A stretch of 64,000 nucleotides of DNA from a candidate division Zixibacteria bacterium RBG-1 (GTDB taxonomy: Bacteria > Zixibacteria > MSB-5A5 > DSPP01 > RBG-1): contig AUYT01000001.1 of NCBI GenBank assembly GCA_000447245.1, forward strand, positions 804,106 through 868,105. Reading direction: 5' to 3'. How positions within the stretch are numbered: position 1 is the first letter of the stretch; each line of letters begins with the position of its first letter. A program made the translations under genes and the position numbers. Under the pieces are notes generated by a model that was not told the origin of the DNA, made no database searches, and worked only from the letters and a program-made list of their open reading frames with translations. Positions 55,988 to 64,000 of the stretch are shown piece after piece.

Positions 55988-57040
55988 ATGGTGGTCTCTC
56001 TGATGTCGGTGGTTTTATTGTTGGGTATTAGCTGGCTGGTTTCAGGTTGTGGCGGTGAAGGGCAAACCGAATCTTTGAAAGAGGCAGTTTATGGCTCCCC
56101 GGAAGCTCAAATTTCAATGGAGAAACCGACTACTTCTGAACTGTATTCGGGAGCGGCTTTGAGCATTGCGCCGGAAGTAAACCCAGTACCCAATGCCAAA
56201 GTCCATGAGGTCCGTTTGGACGTGACCCATAGCGAAATTCAGGTAACCGAAGGGGTGAAATTCGTAGCCTGGACTTTTGGTGGAACTTTACCAGGTCCGG
56301 TATTGCACGTTCGTCAAGGAGACCGAGTTAGATTTACCATGACTAATCGGTCTGACCAAACCGTATCCTTTTCACCGCCCACTCCACATTCCATCGATTT
56401 CCATGCCGCCATGGTCAATCCGGCTGACAAATATAGAGAAGTCATTCCCGGAGCCACCATCAAATTTGAATGGGTAGCCAATTATCCCGGTGTATTTATG
56501 TATCACTGCGGCTCTCCCGCAATTTTACAACATATGATTTATGGCATGATTGGGATGACCATTGTGGAGCCGAAAAATGGTTACCCCACCAAGGTAGACC
56601 GGGAATTTGCTTTAGTACAAAGCGAGTTATACTTAACTAAAATGAAAAGCGGTATGTATCTGGTGGATATGGAAGCCGCCAAACAAAAGAAAGCCACCTA
56701 TGTAACTTTTAATGGAATTCCCAAACAGTATGTCGACAAGCCCTTACAAGCTAAACCCGGTGAAAGAGTCAGAATATATATACTAAATGCGGGACCAAAC
56801 GGAACTTCCAGTTTCCATGTGGTGGGTACTTTATTCGATAAAGCCTGGTTTGATGGAAATCCACAAAATGAGCAAAGAGGGTTACAGACTGTAATTTTAG
56901 GTTCCAGCAACGGCGCTATTGTTGAATTTGTTATCCCGGAAGCGGGAACTTATACTTTTGTGGACCATGAATTTGCGGATGTAGAGTTAGGAGCAGTCGG
57001 ACAAATAGTGGCTAAAAGTGAGGCGATAGCCAGTAAGTAA
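55988..57040 (+). CDS. nirK: copper-containing nitrite reductase (NO-forming)
   Basis: 350 aa; lipoprotein-type leader (LVSGC); type-1/type-2 Cu ligand contexts HSIDFHAA and YHCGSPAILQHMIYGM (Cys-x8-His-x4-Met); C-terminal HVVG and FVDHEF regions parallel known NirK. Confidence 0.85.
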   Translation: MVVSLMSVVLLLGISWLVSGCGGEGQTESLKEAVYGSPEAQISMEKPTTSELYSGAALSIAPEVNPVPNAKVHEVRLDVTHSEIQVTEGVKFVAWTFGGTLPGPVLHVRQGDRVRFTMTNRSDQTVSFSPPTPHSIDFHAAMVNPADKYREVIPGATIKFEWVANYPGVFMYHCGSPAILQHMIYGMIGMTIVEPKNGYPTKVDREFALVQSELYLTKMKSGMYLVDMEAAKQKKATYVTFNGIPKQYVDKPLQAKPGERVRIYILNAGPNGTSSFHVVGTLFDKAWFDGNPQNEQRGLQTVILGSSNGAIVEFVIPEAGTYTFVDHEFADVELGAVGQIVAKSEAIASK

Positions 57041-57054
57041 AACAGGTTAAACCG

Positions 57055-57612
57055 ATGCGCAAATTTAGTTCCATATTTATATTAATGATCTTACCATGTC
57101 TGGTGTGGGGAAATACCTCCCTAAACGCTCCTCCTAAACAGGTTAGGAGTTTTTCCCCAGGAACCAAGGGCACAGTACTGATATTTGTTTCCAGTCTGTG
57201 CCCTTGTACTGATGCCCACAGGATTATGGTGGAAAATTTAATGACTAGAATGCCAGCCAGTGGATTCAAATTTTATGCGGTGTTCTCCAATAAAGGGGAA
57301 ACTACCGAACTGATAGAGTATTTCTATCGGACCATTGGCTGGCAGATGCCTTATATTTTGGATAGTAGCGGAACTTTGCAAAAAAAATATAAAGCCACCC
57401 ATACCCCTCAAGCCTTTGTGATAAGTCCTCAAAATAAAGTGCTTTATAGAGGACCAATCGACGACAGTAACTTAAATCAGGGACGAGTAGATAATCCTTA
57501 TTTAAAAAATGCTTTAGAGGATCTTTTGGCAGGAAGAGCTGTTAAAGCTTCTGAGGTGGCTGGGACCGGCTGCTGGATTGTTAGAAGTATTTCTTCAAAA
57601 GAACTGAAATAG
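57055..57612 (+). CDS. thioredoxin-fold protein (SCO/TlpA-like), exported
   Basis: 185 aa; signal peptide; Cys motif VSSLCPCTDAH in a thioredoxin-like context. Confidence 0.45.
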   Translation: MRKFSSIFILMILPCLVWGNTSLNAPPKQVRSFSPGTKGTVLIFVSSLCPCTDAHRIMVENLMTRMPASGFKFYAVFSNKGETTELIEYFYRTIGWQMPYILDSSGTLQKKYKATHTPQAFVISPQNKVLYRGPIDDSNLNQGRVDNPYLKNALEDLLAGRAVKASEVAGTGCWIVRSISSKELK

Positions 57613-57733
57613 AACCCGAGATGAATATAAAGCAGATTAAAACCTTAAAGATTGTGAAAAAAATCACAAAAAAAGGTAAAAAAACCTAGGTCAATTTAGA
57701 AAGTAAAAACTGTTGATAAAGAGAGGCTTGAAA

Positions 57734-58246
57734 ATGAAAAACTCAATGAAAACAATAGCTGGTTTAGCCATTGTTCTGGGATTCTTGATATTATCCGGAT
57801 GTAGTAAAAATACAAAAGTAATCTCCGGTCCCTCAAATCCTTTTGTTCTTTCAGTTCAACCAACTAATGGAGCCGTTAATGTCCCAATTTCATCTTCAGT
57901 GCAGATAATTTTCGCCTCTCCTATGGATACTCTTTCAGTAGCTCAAAACTTCTGCTTGATAGGAGGAGAGATGATGTATCAAGTGATGGATTCTTTGGAG
58001 CATGCTATGATGGATTATTCAGAGATGATGGAGTGGATGCATTCAGAGTCTTTTACTGGACAGTTTCAATGGAATTCAAAAAGAGATTCTTGTCTATTTT
58101 TACCAGATTCCAGCCTGATTCATCATACCGAATACATGATTTATATGGGAAGGAATATGGAGAGTAGGCATCGTGATATGATGATGGAACACCGAGAGAT
58201 GATGGGAGAAGATTTTATAACTCATTTTACAACCGAGGATAACTAA
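57734..58246 (+). CDS. Met/His-rich periplasmic lipoprotein (putative Cu(I)-binding)
   Basis: ORF 57713..58246; likely ATG 57734 (AGAGAGG RBS); lipobox LSGC; Met-rich stretches MMYQVMDSLEHAMMDYSEMMEWMH and HRDMMMEHREMMGED. Confidence 0.5.
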   Translation: MKNSMKTIAGLAIVLGFLILSGCSKNTKVISGPSNPFVLSVQPTNGAVNVPISSSVQIIFASPMDTLSVAQNFCLIGGEMMYQVMDSLEHAMMDYSEMMEWMHSESFTGQFQWNSKRDSCLFLPDSSLIHHTEYMIYMGRNMESRHRDMMMEHREMMGEDFITHFTTEDN

Positions 58247-58404
58247 CTCTTAGAAGAAGGAGGAAAAATGAAAAGAGTGTTAAAACTTTTATAGATTTAG
58301 AATTAACTGTCAAGAGTAATATTTTTTTCTTGACAAATTAATTCTGCTGGATGATATTTAGAGAAGTTAAAAAAAATTGAAACAAGGACGGGGAAGGAGG
58401 ACGA

Positions 58405-59319
58405 ATGAAAAAGAAAAATAAAGTTTGGGTAGGTCTGGGGGTACTCTATCTGGTTGTTTTTCTATTGTGTTGGGGAACGATAACTTCCAGAAGTCAAGAA
58501 ACTTCTGCTGGAGCTACCTATGTCGGCTCCGAGTTGTGCTTAACCTGCCACCAGGATCTTTTGGCAACCTACGAACACACCATCCATTACAAAATCGCCC
58601 AGGATCCCAGAAATGAACTGGAGCAAAAAGGGTGTGAATCCTGCCATGGTCCAGGAAGTATGCACACTGAAGACCCTAGTAATGTGAAAATTCCAGTTTC
58701 TTTTGCTAAAAAGACAAAAACTCCGGTAAAAGATCAGAATGAAGCCTGCTTACAATGTCATGAAAAAACCCACTTGAACTGGTCGGGTAGCATCCATGAC
58801 TCCAGAGAGTTAGCTTGTGCCACTTGCCATCATATTAAAGAAAATCTTACAGATAGATTTCTGTTGGCTAAGGCTAACCAGTCGGATTTATGTGGCTCCT
58901 GCCATAGGGCTCAAAAAGCCAAAACCATGAAGGCCTATCACATGACGGTAAGGGATGGAAAATTAGAATGCACTTCTTGTCATAATCCTCATGGAACTAA
59001 TACAGATAAGCTGTTAGTGGAGAACTCAGTCAATGAAACCTGCTATAAATGTCACGCTGAAAAAAGAGGCCCTTTTTTGTGGCCGCATCCTCCGGTGACG
59101 GAGAATTGTCTGAATTGTCATGACCCCCACGGCTCTAACCATAACAAGATGTTGCTTACCAAAGTGCGCCGGATCTGTCAGAGGTGCCATGTTGAAACCA
59201 GGCATCCCACCACCCCTCAGACTGCCAATAACCTTTATCTCATCAACCATGCCTGTGCTAACTGCCATTCTCAAATTCATGGTTCTAACCACCCCTCTGG
59301 GGTAAGATTTCTCAGATAG
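58405..59319 (+). CDS. decaheme c-type cytochrome (MtrA/DmsE/PioA-like)
   Basis: 304 aa; signal peptide; ten CxxCH motifs (CLTCH, CESCH, CLQCH, CATCH, CGSCH, CTSCH, CYKCH, CLNCH, CQRCH, CANCH); RBS GGAAGGAGG. Confidence 0.85.
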   Translation: MKKKNKVWVGLGVLYLVVFLLCWGTITSRSQETSAGATYVGSELCLTCHQDLLATYEHTIHYKIAQDPRNELEQKGCESCHGPGSMHTEDPSNVKIPVSFAKKTKTPVKDQNEACLQCHEKTHLNWSGSIHDSRELACATCHHIKENLTDRFLLAKANQSDLCGSCHRAQKAKTMKAYHMTVRDGKLECTSCHNPHGTNTDKLLVENSVNETCYKCHAEKRGPFLWPHPPVTENCLNCHDPHGSNHNKMLLTKVRRICQRCHVETRHPTTPQTANNLYLINHACANCHSQIHGSNHPSGVRFLR

Positions 59320-59327
59320 GAGGAAAA

Positions 59328-61538
59328 ATGAAAAAAAAGAGCTTATTTTTTTTAATCCTAAGTTTAACCCTTTTTTTGCCGGTATATAGCCAGACTACCT
59401 CCAGCGGAGATGTCGATATAGGCTTCTATCAGATTTCGGGATATACCTTATCCAACAAGTACTTAGAATACAGAGACTATAGAGAAGGAATTGCTTTAAA
59501 TGGATTATCTTATTTTCTGGGAAGCAAAATCGGGTTTCTGGATTTAAAAGCTACGGGAATTGCTAGAAATGACCAAACTTCTGCTTTGCGTTTAGGAAAA
59601 TACGGAAGATATTATCTCAATTTGAGCTGGGACCAGACTCCCCATATTTTTAGCAACCACTCTAAACTTTTCTTCAGCGAAACTCAAAAGGGAGTCTATA
59701 CACTTGCCGATTCAATCCAAGCCCGCCTGCAGGGAGCTTCCGATGCTCAAATACGGAGTTTGATGGCCAGCTACCTTTCACAAGCCCAGAGGTTCCCCCT
59801 CTCCTATCGCAGAGATAAGGCCATCGGTGAGGTAAAGATTTCTCCCACTCGGGATATAGCGCTAAAGGTTTCTTATACTAACGAGAAAAAGAAAGGATAC
59901 AAAGCCACCAGCGGGACCCCCGGAGGTTTTAACATGATTGACCTGCCGGAGCGGATTGATTTTTTGACTCATCAGGTTGATGCGCAAGCGCAGTATTCTC
60001 AAAAAAATTGGTCGATCATTGGAGATGTGGGAGTCTCGGTTTTCGACAATAAGCTGGAAGCTTTGAACTGGGATAATCCCTTCCGGCTCACCGACACAAC
60101 CGGCGGGGCCACCAGGACTTCTAAGATAAGAATGGGTGTAGCCCCGGATAACTGGTCCGGGAACACCAGTATTACCGGTTTTGCCAAGTTACCCTTTTAT
60201 AACATTCAATCCCGGGCTACCATAGGTTATGGAATAACCAGACAAGACGAAAACTTCTTGCCCCATACCAGTAACTCGGCTTTAGTGGATACCCTTGACC
60301 CCTTGATTCTGCCCAAGTCCAGTCTGGAAGGAGAAATCCGGACCGTAACCGGAAGTTATTTTGTCACCGCCCGACCGATTAAAGAACTCTTTTTGGAAGC
60401 CAATTTTAAATACGATGAATTCGACAATCAGACCGAAGAGATTATTTTCCCCAGCCGGGTGTCACAGGGCGATCAATCGCTCGACACCTTAGGCCGAGCC
60501 AGTTTACCATATGAATATATCAAGAGATACTACGGCCTCAAAGCCAATTTCAAACCGATCTCTTATGTCTCTGTAGGTCTGGGGTACAATTATGAACGCT
60601 TTTCGCGTGATTTCAGGAATGTGAGGAAGTCCGGCGAGAACAGCTATCGCTTTTCATTGGATTTGTTCCCGCTCTCCTGGGTAACGGTTCGCAACAGTTA
60701 TACCCGTTCAGAGCGAAAGGCCGAAGCTTACAACGCGGATGCAGTGGAAGAGACTTTTCCGGAAGGGGAGGCGGTGGTTAATCCACTCTTAGAAGAACTG
60801 AGGAGATTTGACCAGGCTGACCGAAATCGGGATAGATTTGTCTCTCAGGCATCGCTCGAGGTCTTTGATAAAGTGGATTTGATGTTGGGGGCTCATATTC
60901 AGTTGGATGATTATCCAGAGAGTCATTATGGGGTAAAAGAGGGTCGGTCCACGGCCCTTTCTGCGGGAGTTAATTACTATCCGATTCCCCGATTCAGTTT
61001 TTATGGAGATTACACCCGAGAATATTTGTTCACAGATATGCAGTCCCGCTATAGAAATGTGGTGGGTGGTGTCGGGACAGACGACACTTTGGATGATTGG
61101 GGTACCAAGGTCAGAGATTTGACAGATCTCTTTTCACTCGGATTTCTAGTGGACGTTATTCCCCAAAAATTGAGTTGGCAAGTCAACTACACCTATTCTT
61201 ACTCCTGGGGCAAAAACGACAACTATTTCACTCCTGGTGGAGCGCGATCCGGTGGTGGAGTGGATCCGGCCTACGATGATTCCTTACTCTGGCCTATGAC
61301 CAAAAATGAACTGCAGACAGCTAATTCCTTCATTAGGTATAAGATTTCAGAAAAGGTTTCGGTCTGGGGTGAGTACCGCTTCGAGAAATATTTTATCAAG
61401 GATTTCACCATAGATGACGTTGATCCCCAGGAGTTAGGAACCGGTGGTACTCAGGGAACTCGGTCGATATTTTTAGCTGCCACTCAGCCGGATTATGAAG
61501 GGCATTTATTTGGCTTGAAGTTGGCTTATTCATTTTGA
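59328..61538 (+). CDS. large outer-membrane beta-barrel protein (MtrB/PioB-like by context)
   Basis: 736 aa; signal peptide; long run of amphipathic beta-strands; C-terminal LKLAYSF with terminal Phe; follows the decaheme gene by 8 nt. Confidence 0.5.
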   Translation: MKKKSLFFLILSLTLFLPVYSQTTSSGDVDIGFYQISGYTLSNKYLEYRDYREGIALNGLSYFLGSKIGFLDLKATGIARNDQTSALRLGKYGRYYLNLSWDQTPHIFSNHSKLFFSETQKGVYTLADSIQARLQGASDAQIRSLMASYLSQAQRFPLSYRRDKAIGEVKISPTRDIALKVSYTNEKKKGYKATSGTPGGFNMIDLPERIDFLTHQVDAQAQYSQKNWSIIGDVGVSVFDNKLEALNWDNPFRLTDTTGGATRTSKIRMGVAPDNWSGNTSITGFAKLPFYNIQSRATIGYGITRQDENFLPHTSNSALVDTLDPLILPKSSLEGEIRTVTGSYFVTARPIKELFLEANFKYDEFDNQTEEIIFPSRVSQGDQSLDTLGRASLPYEYIKRYYGLKANFKPISYVSVGLGYNYERFSRDFRNVRKSGENSYRFSLDLFPLSWVTVRNSYTRSERKAEAYNADAVEETFPEGEAVVNPLLEELRRFDQADRNRDRFVSQASLEVFDKVDLMLGAHIQLDDYPESHYGVKEGRSTALSAGVNYYPIPRFSFYGDYTREYLFTDMQSRYRNVVGGVGTDDTLDDWGTKVRDLTDLFSLGFLVDVIPQKLSWQVNYTYSYSWGKNDNYFTPGGARSGGGVDPAYDDSLLWPMTKNELQTANSFIRYKISEKVSVWGEYRFEKYFIKDFTIDDVDPQELGTGGTQGTRSIFLAATQPDYEGHLFGLKLAYSF

Positions 61539-61766
61539 GAAATGATCACAAGAGCTTGACTACCAACTGGATAGGAGGGGTATTTAACATATATTAAGAG
61601 TGTTTGTGTCGACATAAGTCATTTAGACATACGACGTTGTAATTTACCGACGTTGGTCTAGAAGTGCAAATGAGGGAAATATTGTGAATTTTTTCACTTG
61701 CTAAGCAGATCTTACGTATGTATTATAAAGAATAGATAGAAACAGGTCTAAAAAGGAGGATAAAGT

Positions 61767-62174
61767 ATGAAGCTCAAAGAACTGGTCTTACTGATTTTGG
61801 TACTCGCAATTTCGGTCTTCGTTACTCGGTTTTTGGTTACAGTGGAACCGGCCCATGGAACAACACCGACCGGAAAAGAACTGTATCAAAAACATTGCGC
61901 TTCTTGTCATGGCGCGGATGCTAAGGGCGTGGAGAAGATGGCTAAAATGTTAAAAGTCACCATCAGGGATTTGACCAAGCTGGCTAACATTCCAGATTCC
62001 ACCAAAACCTGGCCGAAAATTATCGCAGACGGAAAAGCCAAGATGCCGGCTTTTAATAAAAAACTGAAAGAGGCAGAAGTGAGTTCCGTTATAGCCTACA
62101 TTCATACCTTGGCGCCGGCTTCAGGCAAGAGCGAGACTCCAGCAGCCAAGGATACCACTAAGGTTACAAAATAG
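61767..62174 (+). CDS. monoheme class I cytochrome c
   Basis: 135 aa; N-terminal membrane anchor or signal; single CASCHG motif; Lys/Thr-rich C-terminal tail. Confidence 0.7.
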   Translation: MKLKELVLLILVLAISVFVTRFLVTVEPAHGTTPTGKELYQKHCASCHGADAKGVEKMAKMLKVTIRDLTKLANIPDSTKTWPKIIADGKAKMPAFNKKLKEAEVSSVIAYIHTLAPASGKSETPAAKDTTKVTK

Positions 62175-62205
62175 AAACCAGAACCCAAATTTTTTAGGAG
62201 CAAAA

Positions 62206-62631
62206 ATGAAAAGCAAAAATTGGACAATATATCTGAGCCTCGTAATAATTACATCCTTAGCAGTTTTTTTGATTTTTAGAACTGGTCAGAGCCAAGCCCA
62301 AAAAGTGACTGCCAAAGATTTATACAAGAAAAGCTGTGCCGCCTGTCATGGAGAAGATGGCAAGGGTGTGGAAAAGATGGCCAAGATGCTGAAAGCCACC
62401 ATTCGAGACGTTACCAAACTAACTATGACAGCAGAGCTGTCCAAAGAATGGGATAAGGTCACTAAAGACGGAAAAGGAAAGATGCCGGCTTACAAAGCCA
62501 AACTCAAACCAGCTGAAATCGATTCGGTCCTGGCTTATATGCAAACCATGACTGTTAAACCGACTAAGTCAGAAACGGCTGAAGCTAAGGATACCACTAA
62601 GGTTTCTAAAGATACGACCAAAGTAAAATAG
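62206..62631 (+). CDS. monoheme class I cytochrome c (paralogue)
   Basis: 141 aa; CAACHG; core closely parallels the preceding gene (GKGVEKMAKMLKATIRD, DGKGKMPAYKAKLK). Confidence 0.7.
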   Translation: MKSKNWTIYLSLVIITSLAVFLIFRTGQSQAQKVTAKDLYKKSCAACHGEDGKGVEKMAKMLKATIRDVTKLTMTAELSKEWDKVTKDGKGKMPAYKAKLKPAEIDSVLAYMQTMTVKPTKSETAEAKDTTKVSKDTTKVK

Positions 62632-63257
62632 ATTTAGTTTTTAAAAATGGAATAGTAGGTTAAACCCAAGAGACTTTTCTTTGGAGGTGAAGTCTGTCTG
62701 AATAAATTATGCGGCTTTCCTGCTATTTCATCATTTTATAGATTAAATTCTCAAAGATTTCTTTCAGCAAAACAATCCTAATCCAGAACGTTTCTTAAAT
62801 GTACTTCTGTAAGAGGGGAGAGGTTTTTTACGGAAATAAATAAGGAGTTTGGGGTTCAATCATAGCCAATTCCATCTTACCCTTAAGCGGGCAAATTCTT
62901 TAATCTTTTTTACCTTCAGTTTCCTGTTCAATTTCAACCTCTTCTTTTTTTGGCTTTTCCGGTCAGCCAAGCCCAGTTCATAGGATAAACCCCGGGCTTA
63001 AATATCACCGCATAAAAGTGCCAGATAAAAATGGCTGTAAAAAAATCCGTCCTATTGTGAAAAATTTCACTAAATTTGAAAAAATGTCCTATCAAGTTGG
63101 GTTTACAATAAGTCAGGTATTTAGGTCACCGTAACTTCTTGTCAATCATAAGAATACAGACACGAAAACCTTCTTCCGCTGGCATTTCTTTTGCTATTTA
63201 AAGATTCAGTCAGTCTCTGAAGAGATTGATTCTGAAAAAGTAGGAAAGGAAGGCACG

Positions 63258-64000
63258 GTGGGAAATATCAATCGCCGCACGTTCTTAAAGTTTTCAGTAA
63301 TTGCCGCTACCTTGGGTGCAGCACCATCAGCCAAGAGTCAAGAGAATTTTTCCGGCTGGCCGGAAAGATATGGAATGCTGACAGACACTACCCTCTGCAT
63401 CGGTTTAAACTGTCGCAAATGCGAAGAAGCCTGCAAGAAGGTCAACAACCTCTCCCGAAAAAATCTTAATCTGTCAGACAACAGTGTATTTGAGCACAAG
63501 CGCCGTACTGATCCGGAAAACTATACCGTTGTCAACCGTTTTCCAAATCCCAATAAGCCTGAAACACCCTACTATGTAAAGAAGCAGTGTATGCACTGTG
63601 ATGAGCCAGCCTGCGCTTCAGCTTGTTTGGTCAAAGCTTTCAAAAAGACGCCGGAAGGACCGGTAATATATAACAAAGATGTATGTATAGGCTGCCGCTA
63701 TTGTATGGTGGCCTGCCCCTTTGGGATTCCATCTTACGATTACTTTGATGCCTATACTCCCCAGGTCAGGAAGTGCACCATGTGTTACGACCGCATCCAA
63801 CAGGGAAAAATTCCGGCTTGTGCTGAAATATGTCCCCAAGAAGCCATCACCTTCGGCAAGCGCAAAGACCTTATCGCCTTGGCTCGGGAGAGAATCCGCA
63901 GTCACCCAGAGCGCTATCATCCTCACATTTTCGGAGAAGAGGAAGCCGGCGGAACCAGCTGGCTGTACTTGACCGGACTTGACTCTGTTCAGCTGGGCTT
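63258..64000 (+). CDS. Tat-exported 4Fe-4S ferredoxin-type subunit (NrfC/HybA/PsrB/ActB-like), partial at window end
   Basis: GTG start after AGGAAAGGAAGG; twin-arginine leader NRRTFLKF; four Cys clusters (CIGLNCRKCEEAC, CMHCDEPACASAC, CIGCRYCMVACP, CTMCYDR...CAEICP); runs off the window. Confidence 0.7.
   Translation, partial: MGNINRRTFLKFSVIAATLGAAPSAKSQENFSGWPERYGMLTDTTLCIGLNCRKCEEACKKVNNLSRKNLNLSDNSVFEHKRRTDPENYTVVNRFPNPNKPETPYYVKKQCMHCDEPACASACLVKAFKKTPEGPVIYNKDVCIGCRYCMVACPFGIPSYDYFDAYTPQVRKCTMCYDRIQQGKIPACAEICPQEAITFGKRKDLIALARERIRSHPERYHPHIFGEEEAGGTSWLYLTGLDSVQLG

Noticed and set aside
1-64000. CRISPR array search
   Set aside because: The numerous repeats are palindromic hairpins or MITE-like elements at irregular spacing with no regularly spaced direct repeats and unique spacers; no cas genes in the window.

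Overview
Low-GC (~40%), repeat-rich bacterial chromosome segment, probably from an uncultivated lineage; standard genetic code (TGA is a normal stop, e.g. sufC). The window holds about 60 protein genes, two tRNAs (Leu-CAG, Gln-CTG) and at least five families of short palindromic or MITE-like intergenic repeats. Identifiable content: a polyamine module (pyruvoyl arginine decarboxylase + deoxyhypusine synthase-like), two tandem M16 peptidase pairs, a cell-wall/housekeeping operon (amidase-murI-rdgB-prmC, smpB), tdh-kbl, a complete Rrf2-sufCBD-Rieske-sufS-sufU-sufT-sufA operon, nadE, rtcA, gltX, and an M1 aminopeptidase. The 3' end carries an Rrf2-regulated copper nitrite reductase (nirK) followed by a decaheme cytochrome, a large outer-membrane barrel, two monoheme cytochromes c and a Tat-exported Fe-S protein. 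Most notable hunt results: two in-frame TGA codons sitting exactly on redox-motif cysteine positions (a thioredoxin-fold/TPR protein and an HMA-type metal-binding protein), which are candidate selenoproteins; a dockerin-like C-terminal module shared by three secreted proteins; and a GC-rich glycine-repeat protein in a repeat-flanked cassette beside a tRNA-Gln whose 3' end is duplicated. All calls rest on motif recognition by eye; no database searches were run.
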